This document shows positions 40,735 to 42,012 of a stretch of 42,012 bases of DNA, one piece after another. A model generated the notes under the pieces. The model was not told where the DNA came from and searched no databases. It worked only from the letters and a program-made list of their open reading frames with translations. The number at the start of each line of letters is the position of its first letter. The stretch's first letter is position 1. Source of the stretch: a virus (lineage: Duplodnaviria > Heunggongvirae > Uroviricota > Caudoviricetes). Position numbers and translations under genes: made by a program. Where the stretch lies: IMG/VR virus record IMGVR_UViG_2563366969_000002; one strand, written 5' to 3'.

Positions 40735-41650
40735 TTTTTATTCCTTTAATTATGTAACGTGGTCTTGATTTTACTTCGACATATATCCTGCCAATGTATT
40801 CACCAAGTACGCCAATACCTATCAACTGAATGCCACCAAGGAACAGAATAGACACAAGTAGTGATGGATAACCACGTACTGCATTACCGAATACCAGGGT
40901 GTCGAAAATCATCCAAGCTCCGTACAGAAACGATAATACAGCAACAATTAGGCCGATATAGGTCCACATGCGTAAAGGGACGGTAGAAAAGCTAGTGATA
41001 CCTTCAAGGGCAAGATTCCATAGTTTCCATCCATTGAATTTTGAATCGCCAGCAACACGCTCAGCGCGTGCATATTCCACTACATCGGTACGCCCGCCAA
41101 CCCAACTTAAAACCCCTTTCATGAAGAGATTTCTCTCAGGCATGAGCTTGATGTTCTCGACTACATCACGAGACATTAATCGAAAATCACCGACATTCTC
41201 TTCAATTTTTGGGTTGCTGATTTTGTTATGCAGTTTATAAAACCATTCGGCAGATTTTCGCTTCAAAGCGCTATCAGTTGAGCGGTCAGATCGCTTAGCC
41301 AGGACCATATCTGCTCCGCCCTGCCATTTCTCAATCAGATGAGGAATGACTTCAATCGGATCCTGAAGGTCAACATCAATTGGAATCACGGCATCGCCAG
41401 TTGCATGGTCTAACCCTGCAAACAATGCTGGTTCTTTACCAAAGTTGCGTGTAAATGACAGCGGAAAAACTAGCGGATCAGAAACAGCCAGAGCGTTAAT
41501 GATTGACTCCGTAGCGTCTTTGCTGCCGTCATTTATGAAAACAATTTCCACTTCATATGGCTTCAACTCTTCGAATTCACGTACCGTTTTATAGAAAATT
41601 GGTATCGCTTCTTCTTCATTGAAGACAGGAACGACCAGAGATATCTTCAT
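40721..41650 (-). CDS. gtrB: Bactoprenol glucosyltransferase GtrB
   Basis: 309-aa [51 protein letters not shown]... GT2-family; matches recalled GtrB. Confidence 0.92.
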   Translation of the reverse strand: MKISLVVPVFNEEEAIPIFYKTVREFEELKPYEVEIVFINDGSKDATESIINALAVSDPLVFPLSFTRNFGKEPALFAGLDHATGDAVIPIDVDLQDPIEVIPHLIEKWQGGADMVLAKRSDRSTDSALKRKSAEWFYKLHNKISNPKIEENVGDFRLMSRDVVENIKLMPERNLFMKGVLSWVGGRTDVVEYARAERVAGDSKFNGWKLWNLALEGITSFSTVPLRMWTYIGLIVAVLSFLYGAWMIFDTLVFGNAVRGYPSLLVSILFLGGIQLIGIGVLGEYIGRIYVEVKSRPRYIIKGIKNERR

Positions 41651-42012
41651 TATTTCGCATCCCTAAAGACAATGAACTTTGAATAGACGAAACCGCACAC
41701 CAGGCTGATGGCGGAGAAGGTGACAAGAGTGACAATTGGAGGAAGTGAACATCTATCAGCAACCCACCCGACGACAACACTCAAGGTTCCCATGAATCCC
41801 ACATATAACAAGTAACGCATCGTTGTAGTCGATGCTTTGAATGTGAATTTTGCATTCGCGAAGAAGCTAAAGCTCACAGCTACTATGAAACCTGCGAAGT
41901 TTGCCAGAGCCTGATTGGTATGCGCGGCATAGATACATACACCAAAAACCACCCAGTGTATAAGTGTGTTCAGCACACCAATCGAGGTGTACTTTGCAAA
42001 TAGCTTTAACAT
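41650..42012 (-). CDS. gtrA: Flippase GtrA
   Basis: 120-aa [70 protein letters not shown]... near-identical to recalled GtrA; ATG at the last 3 nt of the window. Confidence 0.92.
   Translation of the reverse strand: MLKLFAKYTSIGVLNTLIHWVVFGVCIYAAHTNQALANFAGFIVAVSFSFFANAKFTFKASTTTMRYLLYVGFMGTLSVVVGWVADRCSLPPIVTLVTFSAISLVCGFVYSKFIVFRDAK

Overview
The window is essentially one complete lambdoid prophage, running from the stop codon of a lambda-type integrase (pos 1-3) to the start codon of gtrA (pos 42010-42012), so both attachment sites lie just outside it. Calls are made by reading the ORF translations and recalling reference proteins from memory; no searches or numerical computations were run. 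Layout: (i) lambda-like early-left arm on the minus strand (int, xis, ea/orf genes, exo-bet-gam, kil, cIII, ea10, ral, N) with sieB on the plus strand; (ii) immunity region (oL/pL, cI, oR, cro, cII) with a single unknown membrane-protein gene in the slot where lambda carries rexA-rexB; (iii) replication genes O (with ori iterons) and P, then a truncated ren followed by an AT-rich two-gene insert (unknown 339-aa protein + NADAR/YbiA-like protein) ending in a strong intrinsic terminator; (iv) nin-like region (ninB/ybcN-like, ninE, ybcO-like, rusA) and a putative Q antiterminator; (v) an antisense, AT-rich moron between the late leader and the lysis cassette; (vi) lysis genes (holin, R, Rz/Rz1) and bor; (vii) HK97-type packaging/head module (HNH, terS, terL, portal, protease, major capsid); (viii) Mu-type contractile tail module (sheath, tube, frameshifted chaperone, tape measure, baseplate), tail fibre + tfa with inverted remnants; (ix) gtrA-gtrB-gtrC O-antigen glucosylation cassette. 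The strongest candidate for an undescribed system is the two-gene insert at the P/ren junction (12.2-14.1 kb), followed by the rexAB-slot gene and the Q-S moron.
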